Shown in pieces: positions 1-12,221 of a stretch of 64,000 nt of DNA. Every line of letters starts with the position of its first letter. Within the stretch, counting starts at the first letter, position 1. The notes beneath the pieces are model-generated. The model was not told the DNA's origin. It ran no database searches and was given only the letters and a program-made list of their open reading frames with translations. This stretch comes from Octopus vulgaris. Taxonomy: Eukaryota. The position numbers and the translations under genes were made by a program. The DNA is taken from NCBI GenBank assembly GCA_951406725.2, contig OX597823.1, positions 86,552,001 to 86,616,000 on the forward strand, read 5' to 3'.

Positions 1-768
1 ATGATTAAAAGTATATATTTCCAATTTTATATAAGTCGATATATTTTACTGGATTTTAACTGTCTTTATTGTGTCAATTAAACCATTAACTGCAGGTAAT
101 GCTTAATCTCTCTGTAAACATAAAAATATCCTTTAAAAATTTTCCTCTGCTTTTATTTAAGTTCACAAAATCAAAACATTACCATAAAGTATTGACGTGA
201 ATTCAAAATTATTTTCTGTTTTGTTTGTGTTTGTGTGTTGTGTTCTCACTACTTTTTGTAGTCATTCTTTGCAGCTTAGCTTTTACATCTATTCTGCGCA
301 TGTATAAATGAAAATTTAAAATTTCCAATAAATGAAACACTTATTATTACTAAATAAACTCTTCTTATTTTCACTTTCATATTCACAGATCTTAAAGTGA
401 AAAGTGTTATTCTTTTATTTATTTCCAATAAAACTTGACAAAATATAGGAAAATTTCTGGAATGATATTTAAACATTATTCACATATAATGGATAGTTTG
501 CAACCTCTTAGAATTGAAATATCGTATTAACTTATATACACTAAAAATTTCAATACCTATTTTCTTTTAACTCATTACATCGTCTTTAAAGGTTCTTTGA
601 AAACTGGAAATGTTTTAGGAATTACTTAATAATCCCTTAGCTTAGTCGCTATAGTCTTGGAGGTCTGTTGTAATTGTCAGTGGTTCGCGTCGTCTCAGAG
701 TTTAGCTTTACAGTCTGGTCGCTAAGACTTAAAGCTATCGTCTAAAGTGCGAATGGTCTCAAAAGCGT

Positions 769-778
769 AGATAGATAA

Positions 779-838
<60 letters not shown>

Positions 839-848
839 ATAGATAGAC
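769..848. repeat. (GATA)n microsatellite
   Basis: Directly visible tandem GATA array. Confidence 0.95.
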
Positions 849-1092
849 AGATATACGTGTGAGTATGCTTATATACATACATGTACACACACATTTGTTT
901 TGCGTGTCTCTGTGTATATATTAATGCTTGCATGTATAAATAAGCATATACTGAGAATCATGTGAGAAACCTTTGGCGATTGTCTAAACTATCAACGGTT
1001 CATGTCGCCTCGGACGCGTTGAATGTAGCTTTAAAAAAAATGTTTCGGGAATTTCTTGGGAAACATTGGTCTCATCACTAAAATGTTGCTCG

Positions 1093-1415
1093 TAGTGAAG
1101 GCGCGTGGCTTAGTAGTTAGGTATATTCGTCTCATAATCATAAGGTCATAAGTTCGATTCCCGGCGACGCGATGTGTCTTTGAGCAAGACATTTTATTTC
1201 ACGTTGCTCCAGTTCACTCAGCTGGCAAAAATGAGTCGTACCTGAAATTCAAACGACCAGCTTTGTCTCACTCTGTATCACGTTGAATCTTGTTAGAACT
1301 ACGTAAAGGGTACGCGTATCTGTGGAGTGCTCAGCCGCTTGCACAATACTTTGACGAGTAGGCTCTTCCGTTGATCGGATCAACTAGAACCCAGGTCGTC
1401 GTTACCGGCAGAACA
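1093..1415 (+). mobile_element. tRNA-headed SINE, family A
   Basis: A-box-like GTGGCTTAGTAGTTAG, B-box-like GTTCGATTCC and core TGTGTCTTTGAGCAAGACATTTTATTTCACGTTGCTCCAG; colinear with the copies at 5038-5352 and 62520-62781. Confidence 0.85.
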
Positions 1416-1591
1416 ACAATTTTAGTCTTTCATCCAAATAGTGAACGGTTTCTGTAGTCTGAAAGCTCGAGGTGCTGAGTGTAGCTTTGCAGAGAAATGT
1501 TTTCGGATTTCCATGAGAAAGCCTTCATCTAGTTGTTATGATGCCAGGTTGCTATTTACTATGGCAATGTAAAGTGTATGAGCAGCATACC

Positions 1592-2008
1592 TATTTCTTT
1601 ATTACCCACAAGGGGCTAAACATAGAAGGGACAAACAAGGACAGACATAGGTATTAAGTCAGTTACATCGACTCCGGTGTGTAACTGATACTTAATTTAT
1701 CGACCCCGAAAGGATGAAAGGCAAAGTCGACCTCGGCGGAATTTGAACTCAAGCACGTAAAGACAGACGAAATACCTATTTCTTTACTAACCACAAGAGG
1801 CTGAACATAGAGGGGACAAACATGGACAGACATAGGTATTAAGTCGATTATATCGACCCCAGTGCTTAACTGGTACTTAATTTATAGACCCCGAAAGGAT
1901 GAAAGGCAAAGTCGACCTCGGCGGAATTTGAACTCACAACGTAACGGCAGACGAAATACCGCTATGCATTTCGCCCGGCTTGCTACCGTTTCTGACAGCT
2001 CGCCGCCC
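1592..2008 (-). mobile_element. SINE family C, head-to-tail dimer with TSD
   Basis: Two units carrying the GTCGACTTTGCCTTTCATCCTTTCGGGGTC core; flanked by TATGAGCAGCATACC (1577-1591) and TATGAGCAACATACC (2009-2023). Confidence 0.9.
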
Positions 2009-2277
2009 TATGAGCAACATACCGCGTTCCTTAAAGAGCCGATTACAGTTCAATGAACTATGATATAGATGAGAGTGGACTTAGGATTTTATCAGGTTTC
2101 CTTCTGCTTATACAACGAATTTCATTCTTTGTGAAAAGCGACAAATGCATCATTCGAATATTGCATTTCACTCATAAGAGTTCCAATAAATAAAGAGAAC
2201 AAACGGCGCACCAGTATGGCCGAAGTCAAATGACTGAAGCAAGTAAAAGAATAAAAGAGCATATATATGTATGTATG

Positions 2278-2318
<41 letters not shown>

Positions 2319-2606
2319 TACAGTTGAAGGCGGAAACACACGCCGGCAACTCTTCCGTTATCGAACCATCGAAAAAATGATATAAAAAAAAAGGGAAATT
2401 ACTGCGTGATTGACCACTATTATGACAAAAGTGCTATTAGAATGACCGATAAGTAAGGGGAGATGTCTGCCAGAGTTCCAACCCCCCGTCATTCGAAACT
2501 CGGAGTTTTATCATGGCTACCAAATAATTTCCACATATATTTACAGATAAATTCCTCTATTTACTTAATATCGAGTCCTCTTTCATTCTATTTTTGTCTT
2601 GCCATT

Positions 2607-3039
<433 letters not shown>

Positions 3040-3070
3040 TTGTTATTCTTTTGATCTATTTCTTTCAGAA

Positions 3071-3470
3071 GGCGGCGAGCTGGCAGAAACGTTAGCACGC
3101 CGGCCGAAATGCGTAGCCGTATTTCGTCTGCCGTTGCGCTCTGAGTTCAAATTCCGCCGTGGTCGTCTTTGCCTCTCATCATTTCGGGGTCGATAAATTA
3201 AGTACCAGTTACCCACTGGGGTCGATATAATCAGCTTAATCCGATTGTCTGTCCTTGTTTGTCCTCTCTCTGTGCAGCCTCTTGTGGTTAGTAAAGAAAT
3301 AGGTATTTCGTCTGTCTTTACGTGCTTGTGTTCAAATTCCTCCGAGGTCTACTTTGCCTTTTATCTATTCGGAGTCGATAAATTAAGTACCAATTTTCGT
3401 ACTGAGATCGATCAAATAGACTAACCTCCTAACCTAAAATTTCGGTCCTTGTGCCTAGAGTAGAAATGAT
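3071..3470 (+). mobile_element. SINE family C dimer with TSD
   Basis: Head GGCGGCGAGCTGGCAGAAACGTTAGCAC and two cores; TATTTCTTTCAG at 3057-3068 and 3473-3484. Confidence 0.9.
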
Positions 3471-4019
3471 TTTATTTCTTTCAGTCTTTGGACAGCGGCC
3501 ATGATGCACACAGCTTTGAGGAGTTTGACATCAAGACTACTTAAGTCGGGTTTTATTCAATCGCTTATGTTCGGGGTCTCACACACACACATGGATATAT
3601 ATGTACCCACACAATCTCTGCCTACGGTATCTTCTCAGGAGGATTTAGTGGTCCACAGGCTAAAATTAGAAGACTCTTGGTGCAGGATACAATACAGTGG
3701 TACTAAATCTATAGCCACATACTAAAAAAACCTCTTTATCCATGCATCCATGCCTCCATCTTTTGCCTGTGCTTGTATGTATGCATGTATATATGTGTGT
3801 GTGTGCGTATATATATGTGTGTGTGTGTGTGTATGAGTTTGTAAATACCTATGTAAATATGCATCTACGCGAATATATGTTTGTATATATATTCGTAACA
3901 TTAATGTATATATATGTATATGTTTTTGTATATGAATTTATTCATTGTATCTATATATATGTGTGTGTGTATGCGTTTATTCATTCTATCTATCTATCTA
4001 TGTATCTTTCTCTCTCTCT

Positions 4020-4061
<42 letters not shown>

Positions 4062-5037
4062 CTGTATCTATCTATATATCTATATCTATATATATATATA
4101 TATATATATGTATATACCCACTCACACACGCAGATAGATGCATAGATAGATAGACAGATACAATGAATAAATGCATATACAAAAATATACATATACGTAT
4201 ATACATCTATCTATTTATCTAGCTAATATGTGTGTGAGTGTGTGTGTGCGCGCACGCGTATGCATACATGTGTGTGCATGTTTGCGTATGAAATACTAGG
4301 TCTTTTTCTAACTGATACAGTTAACAAAAAGAAAAAAATGGCGAACGGGAAGGCAGAGGATGTCAATGCCGTAAATATGGGGCGGTAATAAATGCAAACA
4401 GTTATGTATTTTCTGTTCAGCCGACACTAGCACATATGTATGAGATCTTTACAACTAAACCGCGATATATTAATGCACATTAGCAACACGAAAGTTTTGA
4501 TATTTATTCGTCGACCCGATAACATGCCTCATCAACCTTTTCATAGCTATTGAAATTCGCCCTTCGTGTTACGCCCATCGCGAGCCGAGCAAACAGACAA
4601 ACCGTTTGTACCCGCTTTTCTACCTATTCATAATCCTGTTGTAGGGGGTTGAGTCTATAAAGAATGTAATATAAAGTTATACTGGTTGCATGAATACAAT
4701 TCTTTGTCACAGCAAAGTTCAGAATGTGAACTATCAATGCTAATCATTCGTCTGTTTGTTTGGTCGGATACTTTTTTTCCCTTTTGTATTTTCAACGTTC
4801 GCTTAACCTCTCTGTAGCTATTTTTATACGCTTTATATCCTCACCTACTTACAGACCCAACACTGCCTAAGAGTGTTTGTTATTGTCTATAGTGACGATA
4901 TTGCTACAGTAAATCATTTAGTACATTGCACATATATACTGCCTGGTCTTTTATCGGTTTGCTTTGTTTTATTTTATTTATTTTATTTATTTTATTTTGG
5001 GTATTTTCATTTGTTTTGTTTTCCTTTATATCCAACC

Positions 5038-5352
5038 TAGTGAAGGTGCGTGGCTTAGTGGTTAGGGCATTCGGCTTACGATTGTAAGGTCGTGAGTTCA
5101 ATTCCCAGCGACGCATTGTGTCCTTGAGCAAGACATTTTATTTCACATTGCTCAAGTCCACTCAGCTGGCAAAAATGAGTAGTCCCTGTATTTCAAAGGG
5201 CCGGCCTTGTCAGATTCTGTGTCACGCTGAATCTCCTTAGGGTTAGACGTGTCTGTGGATTGCTCAGTCACTTGCACGTTAATTTCACGAGCAAGCTGTT
5301 CCGTTGATCGTATAATCTGGGACCCTCATCGTCGTAACCGACGGAGTGCTCC
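5038..5352 (+). mobile_element. SINE family A
   Basis: Colinear with 1093-1415. Confidence 0.85.
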
Positions 5353-5374
5353 TTATCAAACTTATGAATAATAG

Positions 5375-5532
5375 ACGCAGGAGTGGTTGTGTGGCAAGTA
5401 GCTTGCTTACCAAACACATGGTTCTGGGTTCAGTCCAACTGTGTAGTATCTTGAGCAAGTGTCTTCTATAGTCTCAGGATGACCAAACACTTGTGAGTGA
5501 ATTTGGTAGACGAAAACTGAAAGAAGCCCGCC

Positions 5533-5582
<50 letters not shown>

Positions 5583-5818
5583 ATGTGTGTGCGTGTGAGT
5601 GTGTGTGTTTGTGTGTCTGTGTTCGTCCCACCAACATCATTTGACAACCTCTGTTGGTGTGTTTACGTCCGCATAACTTAGCGGTTCGGAGAGGGACCGA
5701 TAGAATAAGTACTAGGCTTACAAAGAATAAGTCTCGGGGTCGATTTGCTCGACTAAAGGTTGTGCTCCAGCATGGCCGCTGTCAATTGACTGAAACAAGC
5801 AAAAGAATAAAAGAAAAA
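5375..5818 (+). mobile_element. SINE family B (tRNA head, CORE-like segment, internal (TA)n(TG)n, LINE-like tail)
   Basis: GCAGGAGTGGTTGTGTGG head, CTTGAGCAAGTGTCTT core and tail GTGCTCCAGCATGGCCGCTGTCAATTGACTGAAAC; many copies in the window. Confidence 0.88.
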
Positions 5819-5906
5819 CGAATGCATAAAAAATCCAAGCAGTGCCCTCTTTTAGAAGACCGTTCAATGAATGGGCAAACGCAGTGAAGTCATACACACA
5901 CACACA

Positions 5907-6630
5907 TCTATATATACAAAACTCAACTTGTGTGTCTGTGCGTGTAGCTGTGTGTGTGTCTGTGTGATAAACTTCCCGGCACATCTATTCCTAGCCAACA
6001 AATCGTAGAACTACCAAAAATGGGTCACTTAAAGTTTAGGCGAATGAAAATTGAACTGCACTATTTCTGTTCCGAAATTCATCTCGCAAGTGCAAAAATC
6101 GATAATGTGTTTGTTTAGGCCTTATCCCATGCATTGAATAGTGAACTTTACTCAGTCAGCTGTTTGACGTGAACTGTGTTCACCACGCGTGCAAGCATGC
6201 GTAAATTGCATGAAAAATACAAAAAAATCAAGATATAAAAACGAATCGCCGTAAATATTGTAGAAATACGGCAAAGAAATTAATTTTCGGGCTGTAGCCT
6301 AGAGGGTTTCTTCGTATCAATCGTTTGGACTTTGTGAACACATACCAATTGTTTTCATAGCATTTTTAACGCTTTGAATTAAATGTGACCATTTTGCGTT
6401 GAGTCTGCAGTTTGAATCACTTTAATCAAATTTTAGCAGGCCGGATTTTTGATCCTCACGATACATCGCCAGCGACTCCCTGAAGCTCTCCCCTGAAATC
6501 CCCGTTGAGAAATCTATATATATAAAACTCAACTTGTGTGTCTGTGTGTGTATATGTGTGTGTGTCTGTGTGTTTAACTTTTGGATCTACCAAGTTTCAT
6601 TATTAAGGATGGAAAGTAGTGTGTAGCAAA
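5907..6630 (+). mobile_element. Two Helitron-type 5' termini (5907 and 6513) with internal sequence
   Basis: A|TCTATATATAYAAAACTCAACTTGTGTGTCTGTG at both sites, the usual non-autonomous Helitron start. Confidence 0.6.
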
Positions 6631-7022
6631 TCTCTATATATAAAGCTGAAGTTGTCTGTGTGTGGCAGGTTTGGTAGCCTTCAACTAACACTATCCCCGG
6701 CGAGACCCTGCAGCGGAAGTTGACCATAATTGAGAGTATGATAGAAGAAGGCTTGCTCTTCATTCTGTAGGAGATAAAATTCAAATCGGACCATGTTAAC
6801 ACCAAAAATTATTTACATAATAAAGGTGCTTTTTTTCTATGAAAATCCTTATTTTTTACGATTTTTGACTGCTGTGTCACCATTTTTCGGTGTATTTCAA
6901 CTGGGAAAATGTTCACTTGAAGAGAGAGAATAACAAGTTGCATAATGCAAAATTTTTAGTTTTCAAAAATTCCAATTCTAAAGGGTCGAAACAAACCCAG
7001 CAACACCGGGTGATACTGCTAG
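6631..7022 (+). mobile_element. Non-autonomous Helitron
   Basis: Starts A|TC with TCTCTATATATAAAGCTGAAGTTGTCTGTG; ends with GC-rich subterminal CCCAGCAACACCGGG then CTAG|T; no TSD. Confidence 0.75.
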
Positions 7023-7029
7023 TGTAAGA

Positions 7030-7215
7030 TATTATGGTTTCAAATTTTGGCACAAGGCCAGCACCTTCAGGGGAAAGTCGATTATATCGATCCCAGTACT
7101 TAGGTGGCATTTATTTAACAACCTCGAAAGGATGAAAGGCAGAGTCGACCTCGACCGCATTTGAACTCATAACGCAAAGACAGACAAAACGCCGCTAAGC
7201 ATATTTTCCGGTGTA
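7030..7215 (-). mobile_element. SINE family C, degenerate
   Basis: GAAAGGATGAAAGGCAGAGTCGACCTC core. Confidence 0.75.
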
Positions 7216-7339
7216 CAAATGTAAAATATAATAACAATAACAACATGGTAAAATGATAAGAATACAAGATGTATATATATATATATATATATATGTCCGT
7301 GTGTCTGTGAATGCATTTCGTGTGTGTGTCAATTAATAC

Positions 7340-7885
7340 GTAGGAAGGATCACTTGTCTCTTGAAGACCAACCTCGTCCAGGGCCACTGTTGACCTCCCG
7401 AACACATGAAAACATCATGAAAATTCCTGAATCGATCTTGGTGGACCGTTGCCGAAGAATTGACGAACTTGTTGATATGAACATTGTGTTCTGGAGATCC
7501 TCCAACGAATTTCGAGCGAGGAATTGCGAATGAAAATAGTGACAGCAAAATTTGTGCCTCACCTTCTCATGGAAGATCAAAATCAGTCACGACTGAATGC
7601 GTGTTGTGAAATGAAAGCACAGCTAGAAATTGATCCGAGCTTTTTTTTTTTGCGAAGGTCATCACTGGTGACAAAAGCTAGTGCTACGGCTACGACCCAG
7701 AAACGAAGCAGCAGTCAATGGAAGCATTCGATGTCACCACGTTCTCCCAAAACTGCATCAAGTGAAGTCCAGTGTCAAGACAATGTTGATTTTTTTCACC
7801 AATGCGTTAGTGATTATCCACATAATATTTGTTCCTCCTATTCAAACTGTTAACCAGACATATTGATAGCAATATTTTAGAAACA
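7340..7885 (+). pseudogene. Mariner transposase fossil (frameshifted)
   Basis: Across frames: SLEDQPRPG, AKFVPHLL (WVPHEL motif), KVITGDKS, YGYDPETKQ, KTMLIFF, FVPPIQTVNQTY. Confidence 0.85.
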
Positions 7886-8100
7886 GGCGGCGAGCTGACA
7901 GAAACGTTAGCACGCCAAGCGAAATACTTAGCGGTATTTCGTCTGTCTTTACGTTCTGAGTTCAAATTCCGCCAAGGTCGACTTTGCCTGTCATCCTTTC
8001 GGGGTCGATAAATTAAGTACCAGTTGCATACTGGGGTTAATTGAATTGACTGGCCCCTTCCCCAAAAAGTATTTCGGGTCTTGTGCCTGGAGAAGAAAAG
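7886..8100 (+). mobile_element. SINE family C monomer with perfect 15-bp TSD
   Basis: AATATTTTAGAAACA at 7871-7885 and 8101-8115. Confidence 0.92.
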
Positions 8101-10231
8101 AATATTTTAGAAACATGCTAGTGTTTTGTGAGGCTGGCCAATAAGAGAATAGGGTGTGTAATATCGCAATCCTGTTGAGTTCTAAATCCCTATCAGGTAC
8201 GGAAAGGATTCAGTTAATGTGGTAGTATGTCATAAAATAGGGTCCCAACAAAATAGGATATATATGGGATTAGAGGACATGGATTGTGTAGGATGCCCAT
8301 TAGTTCCAACCAGTTGACTATTCAGGATACATATTTGTCATATGCACGGCGGACCTTTATAGGACTCAAAGACAGAAATCTGGCTATTTGAATTTGAATG
8401 CAATTACAAAGTTTGGATTTGCATTTTAGTTAAGCAGCAGTAGAAGAGGCAATCATTAACAACCTGTGCTGATTCACTTTAATGAGGACGATCAGAGGAG
8501 ATTCAATAGGTTTTATTAAAAATATAAAGACAAGGAAACATAGATAAGCGAAGGAGTCAGTACATAAATTTCATGAGGTCATTAAGTGAGACACCATGAC
8601 CTAAAATGCCAGCGATGAGAATAGTACTCGATAATTTTTTTCAGCACGGAGTATGAAGGTCGTGTTGTCTAAACTAACACGCAAGCTCTATTCACCATAA
8701 GCAAAAAGGGTTCCATGGATCTAGTTGAGGGCAGATGAAGAAGCGGAAATGTTCGCAATATTGAACTAATTTAATCATCATAAACTTTAACTCTTGTAAC
8801 ACATCCTAGAATAGACATTAAACCAGGTTTTGGTGCTGTCCTAGATCAATTTTGATCAATCGAAAACTTTTGCTAGTGTTGACTATCGTTACCTGGTTGC
8901 TGCCGTCACGACACTCGGTTTTGTTCCACATTTCAAAGACTTTTATTTGAGTCTATCTGAGAAGCACTCAGCACGACGAAATCGTTCTGTGCAAACTACT
9001 TTACTGTCTGAGTATTGCTGATTTGTGGAGTTACGTCAAATAACTGTGGTCACCCGCATTCTGTATTTGGCTATCGGACTCGACCATCGTAAAATACGCT
9101 TCACTGTCTTACCCTGGACGTGAAGATTTTTTAAAATCTGATGATTATACCAAAAGAGGTTATATGGTGAATGAGTTCTAAAATCCTAGATACAGATGTA
9201 ACTTCGTCGAAACCATTATCAGCTTCCCTAGTTTCACGTGGAGAAAAATATGAAAGTGAAAAATTATCTACTGCCTACAGTCAATATAAATTTGATGGCT
9301 GAGTGTGGTTATTATTGCATGTCAAAAGAGAATTGTCCAAAGCACTTGCTTGTAGGTTACATAATAAAACCTGAGAGAGAGAGAGAGGATTAGAGAGCAA
9401 AAAAAGAAGAGAGGGAGGTAGGGAGAGTGTGCATTTACACGAAGTGTTCAGGTAAATCTAGGATGTTTGTGGTTTCCCAATTGAACCTAGACAGCGTTTT
9501 ACATGATAGCGTTTCTTTTGGTTTCTCTCGTTATTTTCCTGTTTACACACATTGATGAAAGTCCTCATCGAATCGTGTCCTTTACATTCTATTAAAAGGT
9601 TTTTAAGCCTTTATGGCAAGAAAGAAAATATACATTTACAGTGGAACGGCTGAAACATTAGACCGTTGGTAAAAAATAACATGGAGAATTTATCACAAAT
9701 CTTCACGTAATTTTATTCCCATGGGCCGATAATGAACCTTTATATAGTGGATTCAAAAGCTGTGCATAGAAAGTGCACAATATTATAAAACATTTCACAG
9801 TAGAATCGAATTGCTCATACATAGTTCCCCACTTACAGACGAAATATTTTGAAGGTATTGTAAATAAAAGGTGTGAACACTATAAGCAAACTTTAGTTCA
9901 TACACACACATATATGGATTCTTCTGTCGGGTTCTAACTATGAAGGTCTAACAACAAATATCAGTTAGATTTCCAGCACAGAGGATTGGTTTCCTTTGGT
10001 GAAGGTGTGCTTTGGACCAGACACACCTTTCCGAAATTGGTGTAACAGAAAGTTGGTGAAAATATTTGCCACAAATTCGATGAACAGAATGCTTCAAGAT
10101 TTTCTCAGATTTCTCCATCTCGTGTACAGTCCATTTCACCTTGGAAGTCTAAATCCTTACCTGGGTCCCAAACCTGATCTTTCAATGTCTTTGCGCAAAC
10201 ATCCTTTCAGACTGTCTTTTCCCGTGCAGGA

Positions 10232-10490
10232 TTTCCTGAATATGTATAAATACACATTACCTACGAAACGCAGAGTAGATAAAACAGGGAACAACTGATA
10301 AAGGGAATGTTCTTTATGTTGCATGCCTTGTTTCTCTGTTTGTTTAATTTTTTTCGTTGTTCGAAAAAAGTTCATTTTCTCTGTTTTAGTTTTATATGTT
10401 CTCGTTTCTCATTCTGTCCACGTTTTTTTGATGTCCTGCTCCCATATATGCATGTATATATACATATATATGTAGGTATGTACATATAGG
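10232..10490 (+). mobile_element. Short (TA)n-associated repeat with degenerate hammerhead motif (Penelope pLTR-like)
   Basis: CTGAATA..TACGAAACGCAGAGT then CAACTGATAAAGGG and a T-rich tail; related to 22331-22490 and 36845-37032. Confidence 0.5.
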
Positions 10491-10587
10491 TATGTATATA
10501 TGCATATATTTATACATTATTTATATACATATATATATATGTGTGTGTATATATATGTATATATATATATATATATATATACATATG

Positions 10588-10619
<32 letters not shown>

Positions 10620-10689
10620 CATATGTATATATATATGTGTATATATATACATACGTATGTATATGTATATATATATATACATATGTATA

Positions 10690-10732
<43 letters not shown>
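10490..10732. repeat. (TA)n-rich microsatellite
   Basis: Directly visible. Confidence 0.95.
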
Positions 10733-10734
<2 letters not shown>

Positions 10735-10737
<3 letters not shown>

Positions 10738-11070
10738 GGTAAAGACCCCCTTCGGTCATGAATGACCATGGGATTGCACCTAGAAAGTTACCCTCCTAGA
10801 CACAAGTCCGGGCAAGGTTGTTTATGGAAGGCTAGCAGTCGCCCATGCATACCAGCCTCCCTCTCCACGCCACCAGTGTTATCCAAGGGAAAGACAAAGG
10901 TCGATACAGCTTGGCACCTGTGACGTCGCAACTCATTTCTACAGCTGAGTGAACTGGAGCAACGTGAAATAAAGTGCCTTGCTCGAGAACACAACACGCA
11001 GCCCGGTCCGGGATTCGAGCTCACAACCTCACGATCGTAAGCTCGACGCTCTAACCACTGAGCCATGCGC
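10735..11070 (-). mobile_element. SINE with family A head and core but a different 3' tail
   Basis: Minus strand GGCGCATGGCTCAGTGGTTAGAGCG..GCTCGAATCCCGG..GAGCAAGGCACTTTATTTCACGTTGCTCCAGTTCACTCAGCTG, followed by a tail unrelated to the 1093/5038 copies. Confidence 0.85.
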
Positions 11071-11129
11071 CAGATAGATACATAGATAGATAGATAGATA
11101 GGTAGATGTATATATATATAGATTTATAA

Positions 11130-11160
<31 letters not shown>

Positions 11161-11251
11161 CACATATAAATGTATATAACACATTAAAGAAGGAAAAGGA
11201 ACACATTTTACATAGTTTTAATATAATTTTTGATATATCGTACATTGTGTT

Positions 11252-11284
11252 TGTCGACTGGTTTCGCTTTCGCTATTCGTGACA
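11252..11284 (-). ncRNA. Variant minimal hammerhead-like motif
   Basis: TGTC-ACGAATA-GC GAAA GC-GAAA-CCAG-TC-GACA on the minus strand. Confidence 0.45.
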
Positions 11285-11369
11285 TAAAAATTTATTTAAA
11301 TACGTATTTTCTTGAGAAGTTTTTTAGCCCATGTTGTGTGTGAAGTTTATTATTGTGGGCAGGGGAGAT

Positions 11370-12221
11370 ATATGTAATAGTCCAATGGATTGAGATCTGG
11401 GGAATTAGGAGGCCAAATGTTAGAAGTTAGGTGATCATGAATATTTTCAGCTCTACATTCTTGGGTTGCTAGAGCTGTGTGTGATAGTGCAGTCTTACTG
11501 AAACACATATGGCCTTCCATTGCATACACTGTCTATCTGGGCTGAACAATTATTTCCAGGACCTTAATGTAGGCGACAGAGTTAACTCTAAGATCATTAT
11601 TGATAACCCCTAAATCGATGACAATTGCAGGAAAGTTTGTATGCATAGCACTTGGAGCTTTAAAAGGGACTGCATTTAACTATCGGTAATTTCTTTTGTT
11701 AACTTTTTGATCCTGGTGAAAGTTATTCTCGTTTGAGAAAAACTAAATCAAATCTGCTGGATTTTTCAGTTTGTCTAAGAGCATTTTAGATCTGGTGTTG
11801 TGATTTTCTTTTGCTTTTTCTGGCAAATTGATCTTTCCTCATCATATAAAACATATGTCTGATGGCTTCATGGACAACATGTTTGAGTGTTCCCTCTGAC
11901 ACATGGAGATCTTTTGCAATTGACCTCATGGATTTTCTGGGATTGTAACAAATGGTCTGTTGAACTTGCCTTATAAATTCAAATGTTCTAATGATTTCAG
12001 AGCGTTTAGAATGCGTTTCCATCTCCAGATCTGGCAATTTTAAAATCAAGATATTTCTAAATCGCTATACTCAGCCTTTATAACCACAATAACAGCATAC
12101 CTTTTCATTTCATGAGTTAGCTGAGGGTCTGCCATAATTATTTTCGGAAACATGCAAAGTTAGCGAAAAATGCAGCAATGACCCAAAAAATGTACGTCCT
12201 CAAATACTTTACGCACCCTGC
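11370..12221 (-). pseudogene. Tc1/mariner-superfamily (maT/DD37D-like) transposase fossil with 5' TIR
   Basis: HTH segment NPRKSMRSIAKDLHVSEGTL; C-terminal SNIWPPNSPDLNPLDYY; terminus CAGGGTGCGTAAAG next to a TA-rich tract. Confidence 0.8.

Noticed and set aside
1100-1170. tRNA-like A and B boxes
   Set aside because: Head of a SINE that continues into core and tail; no complete cloverleaf supported.
994-1522. Short diverged direct repeat (about 994-1065 and 1445-1522)
   Set aside because: Too short and degenerate to interpret.
4579-4597. Partial complementarity to miR-375 (CGCGAGCCGAGCAAACAGA)
   Set aside because: Three differences in 19 nt, no precursor hairpin, and about chance level given the number of miRNAs considered.
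10161-10235. 75-bp minus-strand AG..GT exon candidate
   Set aside because: The acceptor overlaps a repeat motif and has a weak pyrimidine tract; more likely TE-derived.
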